From: Phycisphaerales bacterium
Lineage (GTDB): Bacteria > Planctomycetota > Phycisphaerae > Phycisphaerales > UBA1924
Assembly (NCBI GenBank): GCA_032229765.1
Contig: JAVTWO010000081.1
Span: 1 to 64,000 of the forward strand
DNA length: 64,000 nt
Direction: 5' to 3'
Numbering within the stretch: the stretch's first letter is position 1; the number at the start of each line of letters is the position of its first letter. Position numbers and translations under genes: made by a program. Shown piece after piece: positions 21,155-29,625 of the stretch. A model generated the notes under the pieces. That model was given only the letters and a program-made list of their open reading frames with translations. It was not told the DNA's origin and searched no databases.

Positions 21155-21700
21155 GTGCAAGCACCGGGCACCGAGGCCAATCCGACATCGACCACCACCG
21201 CCCAAGCCGCTCCGTCGGGCGCGTCTTCGTCGGGCGCCCCGTCGTCGCCCGTGTCTCACTCAGGCACCCTCTCCGCCTCGGTCGTGCTGCCCATCGCCAT
21301 GCCCATCATGATCCTCGCGGGGGTCTACACGCTGCTGATCCAGCGTCGCCCCATGCCCGCGAGCCGAAGGCGCATCCGCACCGCCACGGGCGTGCTGCTG
21401 ATCTGCACCGTCGGGCTGATGGCCTTCAACCTGGTGAACGTCTCCGCCGCCCAGCACCGCACGTTTTTGATCCTCTGGACGGTGCTCATCGCGATGGTGG
21501 CGTTGCTGCTTCTGCTGGCGGCCCTCGACATGCTCAACACGCTGCGCCTCTACGTCGGGCACCGGTCGCAGCTCGCCGAGGCCTCGGCCGCCAACCTCAT
21601 CCTCGAACTGCGAAAAGCCCAACGCGAAGCCGCCAAAGCCCGCGAGAGTTCCACGCCGACCAACGATCACGACGAACGCAACCGCCCGAACCAACCATGA
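21155..21700 (+). CDS. hypothetical membrane protein
   Basis: Ser/Ala/Thr-rich N-terminus followed by 3 predicted TM helices. Its end overlaps the lpxK start by 4 bp. Confidence 0.45.
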   Translation: MQAPGTEANPTSTTTAQAAPSGASSSGAPSSPVSHSGTLSASVVLPIAMPIMILAGVYTLLIQRRPMPASRRRIRTATGVLLICTVGLMAFNLVNVSAAQHRTFLILWTVLIAMVALLLLLAALDMLNTLRLYVGHRSQLAEASAANLILELRKAQREAAKARESSTPTNDHDERNRPNQP

Positions 21701-22896
21701 GCATGCCGACTTCATCAATGTCCCTCAGCACGAGCACCACGGACACCACCGCCGCCTTCGAGCGTGGGAGCCTCCCCGCGCCCGATCATCAGGGCCTGCT
21801 GGGTTTCCTGCGCCGCTTGCTCTCGCCGATCGCGGGGCCCTTCTATGCCAAAGCCGTGGCGCGACGCAACCGGGCCTTTGATCGCGGCGAGGGCGTCTGG
21901 CGCGCACCCATCCCGGTGATCTCGGTTGGCAACCTCTCCACCGGCGGCACCGGCAAAACGCCCATGGTCGCCTGGGTCTGCAAAGCCCTGACCGCGCTGG
22001 GGTATGAGCCGCTGATCCTCACCCGCGGGTACAAAGCCACCAAAGACCAGAGCGGTGCGATGGTCAGCGACGAGGCGGCGGAGCTGCAACGCCTGCTGCC
22101 GAGCGTCCGCGTGGTGGTGAATCCGGACCGCTGCGCCGCGTTGAGGCAGGTGCTGAGTGAAAAGCGCGAGAGTGAGAGGCCGCCGCTGGTCGCGGTGATG
22201 GACGATGGGTACCAGCACCGGGCGCTAGGGCGCGAGCTGGACATCGTGCTGGTGGACGCGACGCGGAGCCCGCTGGAGGACCGTTTACTGCCGGGCGGGA
22301 ATCTTCGCGAGCCGCTGATGGGTTTGAGCCGGGCGGGCGCGGTGGTCATCACGCGGGGCGAAGTCGTCGGCGAGCAAAGGGCCCGCGCGCTGGATATCGC
22401 CCTGCGCTCGCACGCGCCCCGGGCGGTCTTCGCCATCAGCAGCGCCACGTGGAGCAGCCTGCGCCAAGCCACCGGCATCGGCGGGACCATCGAACCGAGT
22501 TCGCTCCGCGGCGCGCACGCCCTGCTCGCCTGCGGGCTCGGCAACCCCGCCTCCATCGAAGCCATGCTCCGCGAGCAGGTCGGGCCCGAGGGTTCGATCG
22601 AACTGTTCCTCAGGCCCGATCATGATCCCTTCACGCCGGCGACGGTCGAGGCTTTGCTTGCGCGCGCGAAGATGGTCCACGAGCGGGCAAAGGCCAGCGG
22701 CCGGCGCGCGGCGGTGGTCACGACCGAAAAGGACTGGTCGAAGCTCGCCAAGGTCGAGGCGGGTCGGTGGCCTGAGGGGGTGATGGTGGTGGTGCCGCGG
22801 GTTGAGCCGGGGTTTACGTATGGCGAAGCGGACCTGTTGAGCGCGATCGCGCGTGCGTGCGCGAGCAAGGGCGCGAAGCCAAAGACCGGTTTTTGA
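21697..22896 (+). CDS. lpxK: tetraacyldisaccharide 4'-kinase
   Basis: VISVGNLSTGGTGKTP P-loop together with the VMDDGYQH block. Confidence 0.85.
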   Translation: MSMPTSSMSLSTSTTDTTAAFERGSLPAPDHQGLLGFLRRLLSPIAGPFYAKAVARRNRAFDRGEGVWRAPIPVISVGNLSTGGTGKTPMVAWVCKALTALGYEPLILTRGYKATKDQSGAMVSDEAAELQRLLPSVRVVVNPDRCAALRQVLSEKRESERPPLVAVMDDGYQHRALGRELDIVLVDATRSPLEDRLLPGGNLREPLMGLSRAGAVVITRGEVVGEQRARALDIALRSHAPRAVFAISSATWSSLRQATGIGGTIEPSSLRGAHALLACGLGNPASIEAMLREQVGPEGSIELFLRPDHDPFTPATVEALLARAKMVHERAKASGRRAAVVTTEKDWSKLAKVEAGRWPEGVMVVVPRVEPGFTYGEADLLSAIARACASKGAKPKTGF

Positions 22897-23056
22897 GTGG
22901 TCGTGCGGGCTCTTGAGCGGTTCGAACAGCGGAACAGTTGAGAAGCTGATCGGTTCATGCGCGTACCTAGGTCAACTCCGGGGCGGTTTTGGTACAGTCA
23001 AACACGCGACGGCGAGGTGGTTTGCCGGTGATGCCCGTGATTGGGGAGGATGAACG

Positions 23057-23515
23057 ATGAAGTACGTGCTGATTGCGTTGGTGGTGGTGCTGATCTTGAT
23101 GATCGGGTTTTTGACGGTCAGGCAGTACCAGCCGCGAACGGTGAAGCCGGAGTTGATGTCGGTGTCGTTTGCGGGCGGTTCGCCGACTGTCATGACAATC
23201 GGGTTTCAAGCAGGGCTGAATGAGCCGCGAGAAGGGCATGACCCGAACGCGTGGAAATCGAGTGCTCTTTCATCAAAGCAGCGCTGGGAAAGCAACAACT
23301 CGAACGGGTCGATCGTGTTGACCTACGAGGTGATCGCGTCCAACGAGTTCAAGCTGCGGGTTTCATGCTCGCGGCCTGTGATGCTGCATCTGCACGCCGG
23401 GAGCGGGAGGGTTGCTGACGGCCGGTGGTACCTTTTCAACTCGGGCGTTGAGACGCTCATCCTGAAGATCGATGATCGCGGCGAACTCAACGTCACTGAG
23501 CGGACTTCGTTCTGA
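23057..23515 (+). CDS. hypothetical single-pass membrane protein
   Basis: N-terminal TM helix MKYVLIALVVVLILMIGFL. No known domain. Confidence 0.4.
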   Translation: MKYVLIALVVVLILMIGFLTVRQYQPRTVKPELMSVSFAGGSPTVMTIGFQAGLNEPREGHDPNAWKSSALSSKQRWESNNSNGSIVLTYEVIASNEFKLRVSCSRPVMLHLHAGSGRVADGRWYLFNSGVETLILKIDDRGELNVTERTSF

Positions 23516-23566
23516 ATACAGCACGTGTTGTAGAGGAAAAGGGCCCGCCAGGGCGCTGGACGGTGA

Positions 23567-24538
23567 TCACTCGCCCTTGGCGCGGAGCTTGTACCAGTAG
23601 GGTTGAGAGAAGTCGGTAGGGGCGAGCTTGTTCTGGGTTTTCCAAAGCCGGCCGAGCTCGATGACGCGGGCGCGGAGTTTGGTGGCTTCGCTGGTGGAGT
23701 TGGGGCGTTCGAAACCTTGGGCGACCCAGACCCAGAACTCGGTGGTTTTGGTGGTGGGCTCGTCGCCTTTGGGGGCGGTGATGATGACGGGCAGGCCGTT
23801 GGAGGCGAGATACTCGGCGGAGGTTTGCGCGTCGGAGAGGCGGCGGAAGGTGCCGACGATGAGGTGGTTCAGCCCGGGGACGAGCTGGGGGTTTGAGTCG
23901 GGGGTGGCGGGCTTGGGGGTGTCGTTGGGCTTGGGGGTGGGCGGGAGCGGCGTGGGCGGTGAGGTGTTGTTGCCCGAGCCGTTGGACCCTGAAGACTGGT
24001 TGTTGTTGTGGTTGAGCGGATCGGGGATGGGCGGGGTGTTCTGGGCGGCGTCGGGGCCTGAGGGGATGCGGTCTTCCCACTTGCGGTCGGCGGTGGTCTC
24101 GCCCGCGCGGAAGGCGACGAACCAGACCACGGCGATCACGACCACGCCCACGCCGATGAGGTACATCGCCAGACGCGGATCGACCGGGATTCGACGCTTG
24201 AAGATGATGACCGAGCCCGAAGAGCCCGCGACGGGTGAGGTGTCGTTGGGCGGGGGCGGAGCGCTGGCGAAGGAGCGGTTGCCCGCGGGGTTTGCGCCGG
24301 CGGCGGGTGCGTTGGGGACCGAGTTGGGAAGGGTGGGGACGCCGGCGCGGATGGCCTCGGCGGTTGCGGAGGTGATGGGCGCGGGTCCGGGGGATGGGCG
24401 CGCGCCACCGGGGCCGGGGACGGCGGCCTTGCTGCGGAGCACCTCAATGAGCACGGGAGCACCGCGCTTATGGGCCATGGTGCTCAAGTCTACGCGGAAA
24501 CGGGGGTCGGCGGCGGGGTTGTTTGGGCGCGGGGGCAT
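23567..24538 (-). CDS. SPOR-domain-like peptidoglycan-binding membrane protein
   Basis: Pro-rich N-terminus, one TM helix, an N/S/P-rich linker, and a C-terminal SPOR-like fold (LIVGTFRRLSDAQTSAEYLASNGLPVII...FWVWVAQGFE). Confidence 0.5.
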   Translation of the reverse strand: MPPRPNNPAADPRFRVDLSTMAHKRGAPVLIEVLRSKAAVPGPGGARPSPGPAPITSATAEAIRAGVPTLPNSVPNAPAAGANPAGNRSFASAPPPPNDTSPVAGSSGSVIIFKRRIPVDPRLAMYLIGVGVVVIAVVWFVAFRAGETTADRKWEDRIPSGPDAAQNTPPIPDPLNHNNNQSSGSNGSGNNTSPPTPLPPTPKPNDTPKPATPDSNPQLVPGLNHLIVGTFRRLSDAQTSAEYLASNGLPVIITAPKGDEPTTKTTEFWVWVAQGFERPNSTSEATKLRARVIELGRLWKTQNKLAPTDFSQPYWYKLRAKGE

Positions 24539-24717
24539 GGGTTATCGCCTGCGGGTCGATCAACCAATGACGGATGGGCGCGAGCGGACGTGAGGGAATA
24601 TCGACCAGTGCCGAGGGTTCGGCGCTGTTTTCGGGGTTGGGATGAGATTGCGGAGGGAGCAAATCGCCCGGGCCTGGAGAGCCGGGCCACCAGGATGCCG
24701 GGGCACCCGAACGGTCG

Positions 24718-24993
24718 TCATTCCGACTTGGGGGCGAGGCGACCGCGGAGGTTGGGGTTTCGGCGGCCGAAGGCGTCTTCGACGGTCTGGGGGGCCTGCT
24801 GATTGCGCAGGGCGTCGTAGCGGTCGAAGGGGGAGCGGTCTTCGTCGGGGGCGAGCAGGGGCCTGGCGCAGCCGGGGGCGAAAAGAAGGGTGAGGGTCGC
24901 GAGGGAGGTCAGGGCCAGCACGGCGCGGATCGACCGATGAAGATCGGTGCGGGTGGACTGGTCGCTGGACTGGCGGAGTGGGTTGGTGGGCAT
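24718..24993 (-). CDS. possible small lipoprotein
   Basis: 91 aa with a lipobox-like LLFAPGC. Weak evidence. Confidence 0.3.
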   Translation of the reverse strand: MPTNPLRQSSDQSTRTDLHRSIRAVLALTSLATLTLLFAPGCARPLLAPDEDRSPFDRYDALRNQQAPQTVEDAFGRRNPNLRGRLAPKSE

Positions 24994-25020
24994 GGTGAAG
25001 CTCGGCGGAGTTTACCCAGT

Positions 25021-25539
25021 TCAGGCCCCGGGCGTGCGGGGGTCGGTCAGACGGGCGGCGGCGTCAAGGGTGATGGTGCCCTCGCGGAGGAGTTGATCGA
25101 TCGCGAGGTAGACCACCGCGCACACGGCGGTGGCGAGGTTGAGCGAGCGCTCACCCTGGGCCATGGGGAGGGTGAGGAGCTGATCGGGGTAGCGGGCGAG
25201 GAGGTGATCGGGGAGGCCCTTGGTCTCTTTGCCGAAGATGAAATGATCGCCGGGGAGGAATCGCGGGGCGGACGGGCCGAGGGTCGGGCGGGTGGATTTG
25301 GTGGTGAAGAGCCAGAGTCGGCGGGGGGATTGTGAAGCGAGGTAGTGATCGAAGGAGTCGTGCTGGAGGGGGTTGAGGCGAGGCCAATAGTCGAGGCCTG
25401 CGCGGCGGCAGGCTTTTTCGGAGGTGTCGAAGCCCAGCGGGCGGATGAGGTGGAGCGTGCAGTGGGTGGCGATGCAGGTCCGGCCGATGTTGCCGGTGTT
25501 GTTGGGGATCTCGGGTTCGTGCAGAACAATATTGAACAT
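25021..25539 (-). CDS. trmL: tRNA (cytidine/uridine-2'-O)-methyltransferase TrmL (SpoU family)
   Basis: MFNIVLHEPEIPNNTGNIGRTC...LIRPLGF...FGKETKGLP...ERSLNLATAVCAV. The ORF track extends upstream, but the homology begins at ATG 25539. Confidence 0.85.
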   Translation of the reverse strand: MFNIVLHEPEIPNNTGNIGRTCIATHCTLHLIRPLGFDTSEKACRRAGLDYWPRLNPLQHDSFDHYLASQSPRRLWLFTTKSTRPTLGPSAPRFLPGDHFIFGKETKGLPDHLLARYPDQLLTLPMAQGERSLNLATAVCAVVYLAIDQLLREGTITLDAAARLTDPRTPGA

Positions 25540-25567
25540 TTCGAAGAGGGATTTGAGGCTTGACGGT

Positions 25568-27136
25568 ATGCTCCGCGGCATGGGACTTGAAAGCGTGAAT
25601 AAGCATCTGGAGGCGGGGCATTCGTGCGTGCGGGTGGTGACGCTCGAAGAGGGGGACGTGCTGACCGAGGTGGTCGGGCAGGTCATGGAACTGGGGCTGA
25701 CGCCCTGGCTGTGGTCGAGCGTGCACGGCGTACGGCGTACGGGTGGAACTTCGGCTGAAGTCATCGCGAAGACCGAAAATCCGGCGGCGGCGCTGACCTG
25801 GGCGATGCAGCGCTGGCGCGAGCCGATGGCGCTGATCACGCTGGATATGGCCGATCGGCTTGAGGACCCGCTGGTCTTGCGGGCCCTTCGCGAGCTGATC
25901 GAGACGTTCCGGGTGCAGGCGCGGGCGCTGTCGAGCCAGCGGGTGCCGGGGGAAGAGAAGCAGATCGGCCCGCGGATTGTCATGATCGACCACAAGGACG
26001 AGGTGCCCGCGGCCATCGGCGCGGTGAGCGTGCGCTGCACGCCGGAACTGCCCGATGATGACGCGCTCATGGGGATCCTCAAGTCCACCGCGCGGCGCAT
26101 GCACGGCAGCGGGCATCTGCGTCAGGCGGGGCTCAGCACCAGCGGGCAGCGGCGGGCGGTTGAGATCATGCGCGGGCTCACCGCGAGGCAGGCGGAGCAA
26201 CTGCTCGTCGAGGCGTGCATGGACGGCTCGCTGGAAGAGAACGATCTGTCGAAGCTCTTCTCGGGCAAGCGCCGACTGATGGAAGACTCGGGCGTGCTGG
26301 AGTTTGTCGATGCGCCGACGTCGATGGACGATATCGGCGGGCTGAGCGGGCTGAAGGCGTGGCTGCGGAAGCGCGAGTCGGGGTTTGATCCGAAGGTGCG
26401 CGAGTCGGCGGGGTTGATGCCGCCGCGGGGGTTGTTGCTGCTGGGTGTGCAGGGCGCGGGGAAGAGCCTGGCGAGCAAGGCGATCGCGACGGGGTGGAAG
26501 CGGCCTTTGATGAAGCTCGATCCTTCGGCGCTCTTCGATCGGTACATCGGTGAGTCGGAGCGGCGGCTGCGCGATGCGCTTCGGCAGGCGGAGGCGATGT
26601 CGCCCGTGGTGCTGTGGATTGATGAGATCGAGAAGGGGTTTGCCTCGGCCGCGAGCGCGAGCGTGGACGGCGGGCTGTCGAGGCGGATGTTCGGGACGCT
26701 TCTGACATGGATGCAGGAGCACCGCGCGCCGGTCTTTACCGTTGCCACGGCGAACGACATCGCGGCGCTGCCGCCGGAGCTTCTGCGGAAGGGTCGGTTC
26801 GACGAGATTTTCTTCGTGGATCTGCCGGGGGAGGATGCGCGAAGGGCGATCCTGGAGATCCATCTGCGCAAGCGGCGTCAGGACGTGAAGACCTTCGACA
26901 TGCCCGCGCTGATCAAGGCGAGCGCGGGGTTCAGCGGCGCGGAGATCGAACAGGCGATCATGTCGGCGCTCTACGAGGCGGCGTCAAGCCAGGGCGGCGC
27001 GGGAGAGGGCGTACAGATCGATACGCGGCTGGTGCTCGATGAGCTGTCGAAGACCAAGCCGCTGTCGGTGACGATGCGCGAATCGGTGCAGAACCTGCGT
27101 GGGTGGGCGGCGGAACGCTGCGTGATGGCGGATTAG
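25568..27136 (+). CDS. Ycf46-like AAA+ ATPase
   Basis: The C-terminal AAA module has an unusual Walker A (GVQGAGKSLASKAIA), Walker B (VLWIDEIEKGF) and sensor/arginine finger (TANDIAALPPELLRKGRFDEIFFVDLP). A ~270-aa N-terminal domain has unknown function. Confidence 0.7.
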   Translation: MLRGMGLESVNKHLEAGHSCVRVVTLEEGDVLTEVVGQVMELGLTPWLWSSVHGVRRTGGTSAEVIAKTENPAAALTWAMQRWREPMALITLDMADRLEDPLVLRALRELIETFRVQARALSSQRVPGEEKQIGPRIVMIDHKDEVPAAIGAVSVRCTPELPDDDALMGILKSTARRMHGSGHLRQAGLSTSGQRRAVEIMRGLTARQAEQLLVEACMDGSLEENDLSKLFSGKRRLMEDSGVLEFVDAPTSMDDIGGLSGLKAWLRKRESGFDPKVRESAGLMPPRGLLLLGVQGAGKSLASKAIATGWKRPLMKLDPSALFDRYIGESERRLRDALRQAEAMSPVVLWIDEIEKGFASAASASVDGGLSRRMFGTLLTWMQEHRAPVFTVATANDIAALPPELLRKGRFDEIFFVDLPGEDARRAILEIHLRKRRQDVKTFDMPALIKASAGFSGAEIEQAIMSALYEAASSQGGAGEGVQIDTRLVLDELSKTKPLSVTMRESVQNLRGWAAERCVMAD

Positions 27137-27200
27137 GCACTAGGCACTAGGCACTAGGCACTAGGCACTAGGCACTGGGCACTGGGCACTGGGCATTAGG
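27136..27200. repeat. tandem heptanucleotide array (GGCACTA)5(GGCACTG)3(GGCATTA)1 spanning exactly from the stop of the AAA gene to the stop of the convergent gene
   Basis: Read directly in the sequence, ~9.3 units. Confidence 0.9.
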
Positions 27201-28368
27201 AAGAACGCGTTGGGCGCGATTGGAGTTCTTCGAGTTGGTTGTAGCCGCGCGCGATGGCGAGTTCGAGGTCGGTGCAGAGCGTGTTTAGGTCCAGGCCTTG
27301 CTCGCCCGAGGCGGCGCGGAGCTCGTCGTAGTGCTCCGGGGTGATGCCCGAGATGATGAGCCGCTTTTTCTGCGCGAGCAGACGCGTGCGCAGGGCGTTG
27401 AGCTCCGGTGCGGTGTTCGCGTCCAGCGCGGTGACGTCGCCCAGGTCGATGATGACCACGCGGGTGGAGTCGGGCAGGCGGTCGCTCCACGATTGCAGGT
27501 CGGGCAGGGCGTGCAGATGCCCCGGGCGCGAAGCATCTCTGCGCAGATGAAAGACCGCGATGCCGCTCGGGAGATCGAGCCCGTGCGAGGTCACCAGGTC
27601 CGAGGGCTCGATCTCGACGATGGGCGAGCGCACGTCCTGATAGATGATCCACAGCAGGAAGAGCACGGGTGGGATCATGCTCCAGCGTGTGATGGAACCG
27701 AAGGCGAAGGTGCCCAGCCCCGCGCCGAGGGCGAAGGAGCCGACGATCGAGGCGAGCATGAGCAGGCGCTTGCCCGGCGCGTGCGTGCGGAGCTGCGAGA
27801 ACGCCCCGGCGGGCCCGGCCTTGATCAGCGCGCTGCGCTTGTCCTTCAGCCACCACAGAAACAGCACGGCCTCTGAACCCAGATCGGTCAGCACGCCGGT
27901 GACGTGCGTGGTGCGGACGACGCCGCTGGATATGCGGGTGATGGTGGCGTTCTGCAAACCCATCGCAAGACTCGCAAGGCCCAGCATCGGGAACTTCCAG
28001 TTCGAGTCGATGAGGGTCTTGGTGTCGCTGAACTCCAGCCCCACGGCGAAGGCGGCCAGCAGCGAGGCCTCGATGGCCATGGGCAGGACGTAGACGGACT
28101 CCCAGCCTTTGCGACGACCAAGCTCGGTGGTCAGAGCGCTCAAGGCAGCGCCGAGGAAGAAGGTCACGAGGAGAAAGAGTGCGAGCGCCGCGGCGGCGAA
28201 GTTGCCCTTGGCGGCGTGCTCGCCCAGGTGGCTGGTGGTGCCCGAGACGTGGCTGGTGACGCTGCCACAGGCGAGGATGGTGATGACGTTCGTGTAGCCG
28301 GCGACCCAGGCGAGGGTGATCGCAAGGCGGGCCTGCTGCGTGAAGGAATGGGCTTGGGAGACGAACAT
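27196..28368 (-). CDS. DUF1275 (YoaK-family) membrane protein fused to C-terminal STAS domain
   Basis: Two DUF1275 half-repeats (GYTNVITILACGSVTSHVSGTTSHLG and MGLQNATITRISSGVVRTTHVTGVLTDLG). The C-terminal ~110 aa form a SpoIIAA-like STAS fold (VVIIDLGDVTALDANTAPELNALRTRL...LIISGITPEHYDEL). Confidence 0.6.
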   Translation of the reverse strand: MFVSQAHSFTQQARLAITLAWVAGYTNVITILACGSVTSHVSGTTSHLGEHAAKGNFAAAALALFLLVTFFLGAALSALTTELGRRKGWESVYVLPMAIEASLLAAFAVGLEFSDTKTLIDSNWKFPMLGLASLAMGLQNATITRISSGVVRTTHVTGVLTDLGSEAVLFLWWLKDKRSALIKAGPAGAFSQLRTHAPGKRLLMLASIVGSFALGAGLGTFAFGSITRWSMIPPVLFLLWIIYQDVRSPIVEIEPSDLVTSHGLDLPSGIAVFHLRRDASRPGHLHALPDLQSWSDRLPDSTRVVIIDLGDVTALDANTAPELNALRTRLLAQKKRLIISGITPEHYDELRAASGEQGLDLNTLCTDLELAIARGYNQLEELQSRPTRSS

Positions 28369-28404
28369 GGTTCGGGCGATTGAAGGCCCGGGATTTCATC
28401 GGCG

Positions 28405-29553
28405 TTAGCGGTTGGAGTGCATGACCCCCACGAGGATGAGCGTGCCCACGACGATCAGGCACATGAGCACGAAGAGCGTGATCTTGATCCACGAGTAGGG
28501 GCGGTCGCCCGCGACATCCCCCGATCGGGCGTTGACGATGAAGCGGTAGGTCTTGCCCCGATAGCGGTACGCCGCGATCCAGATCGGTAGCAATATGTGC
28601 TTGAAGGTGATGGCGTCGTAGACGCTGTGCATTGAGGAGATGATCTGGTGGTCTCCGCCGATGTCGGCGCGGATGGTCAGCTTGATCCGCTCGGCCATGA
28701 CGATCTTGGCGTTCTCAAAGCCGTCGGGGAGCGTGACGGTGTACGACTCGCTCTTGAAGCCTGCGAGGTAGCGGTCGTCGTAACTGACGAGCTGGTCAAG
28801 GTCCCAGCGTGAGATCTGGTTCAGCCGATCGATCGGCAGCGAGGTGCTGGCGGGGATGAGCACGTCGTTGAAGCGGTCGAAGACGCGGCCGGAGGCGAAG
28901 CGCCAGCGGGTGCGCTTGACCGAGCGGGTGCGCGTTTGCGTTCGGCCGTTGACCACGACGGTGTAGGTCTCGGTCGTCCAGTAGTCGTCGCCGCGTTGTC
29001 CGGTGTAGTCGGTGGTGGTGTCGCAGTCGTAGGTGAAGTACGGCAGATAAAAACCCGCTAAGCGTCCATCGACCGCGGCGAGCTTTTTCAGGTCGCTGGG
29101 CGCGAACCAGCGCCCGCCCAGCCACTTCACAAAGGTGTCGCGGGCCTGGCGGTCGGTAACAAAGAACGGCAGCAGGCTCTTCGGGCGCAGAAGTTTTCGC
29201 GTCTGCGCTGTGGCGACGATCGGTGAGCCGCAGAAATCGCAGTTTTGGCTCGTGACGTTCGGGCGCATCGGCACATCGGCGCCGCAGGCGTTGCAGTGTA
29301 CGACGATGCGGTCCTCGGTCTCTTCGTGAGATTCGAGTTCGCGCAGGGCGGCGAGGTAATCGAGCTCTTGAACCTGAGACTGATCGGCGGCGATCTCGTT
29401 CAGCACGCCGCAGTACGGGCACTGCAGCGCGTCCTGACCGGGCGCGAAGTTGAGTTTGCCGCCGCAGGATTTGCAGGGGAACTCGCGCGGCCTGGGTGAG
29501 TTTGGGACGGGCGGTGTTGTCGAGGTCGATGTTCCCATGCAGAGCTTGAGCAA
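28405..29553 (-). CDS. double zinc-ribbon protein with C-terminal TM anchor (YdjG/YdjH-like partner of SPFH proteins)
   Basis: Two CxxC...CxxC ribbons (CKSCGGK...CPYCG and CNACGAD...CDFCG), a beta-rich middle region, and the C-terminal helix ITLFVLMCLIVVGTLILVGV. It sits immediately downstream of the SPFH gene. Confidence 0.5.
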   Translation of the reverse strand: MLKLCMGTSTSTTPPVPNSPRPREFPCKSCGGKLNFAPGQDALQCPYCGVLNEIAADQSQVQELDYLAALRELESHEETEDRIVVHCNACGADVPMRPNVTSQNCDFCGSPIVATAQTRKLLRPKSLLPFFVTDRQARDTFVKWLGGRWFAPSDLKKLAAVDGRLAGFYLPYFTYDCDTTTDYTGQRGDDYWTTETYTVVVNGRTQTRTRSVKRTRWRFASGRVFDRFNDVLIPASTSLPIDRLNQISRWDLDQLVSYDDRYLAGFKSESYTVTLPDGFENAKIVMAERIKLTIRADIGGDHQIISSMHSVYDAITFKHILLPIWIAAYRYRGKTYRFIVNARSGDVAGDRPYSWIKITLFVLMCLIVVGTLILVGVMHSNR

Positions 29554-29625
29554 GGTCCGTTCTTTGAAGGGCGAGGTACGGAGATTGCGCGCACGGCTCT
29601 GGAGAGCCGTGCCACCGAAAGCACA

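Noticed and set aside
25151-26863. 570-aa ORF on minus strand
   Set aside because: It overlaps both trmL and the AAA ATPase on the opposite strand. Arg/Pro-rich shadow ORF.
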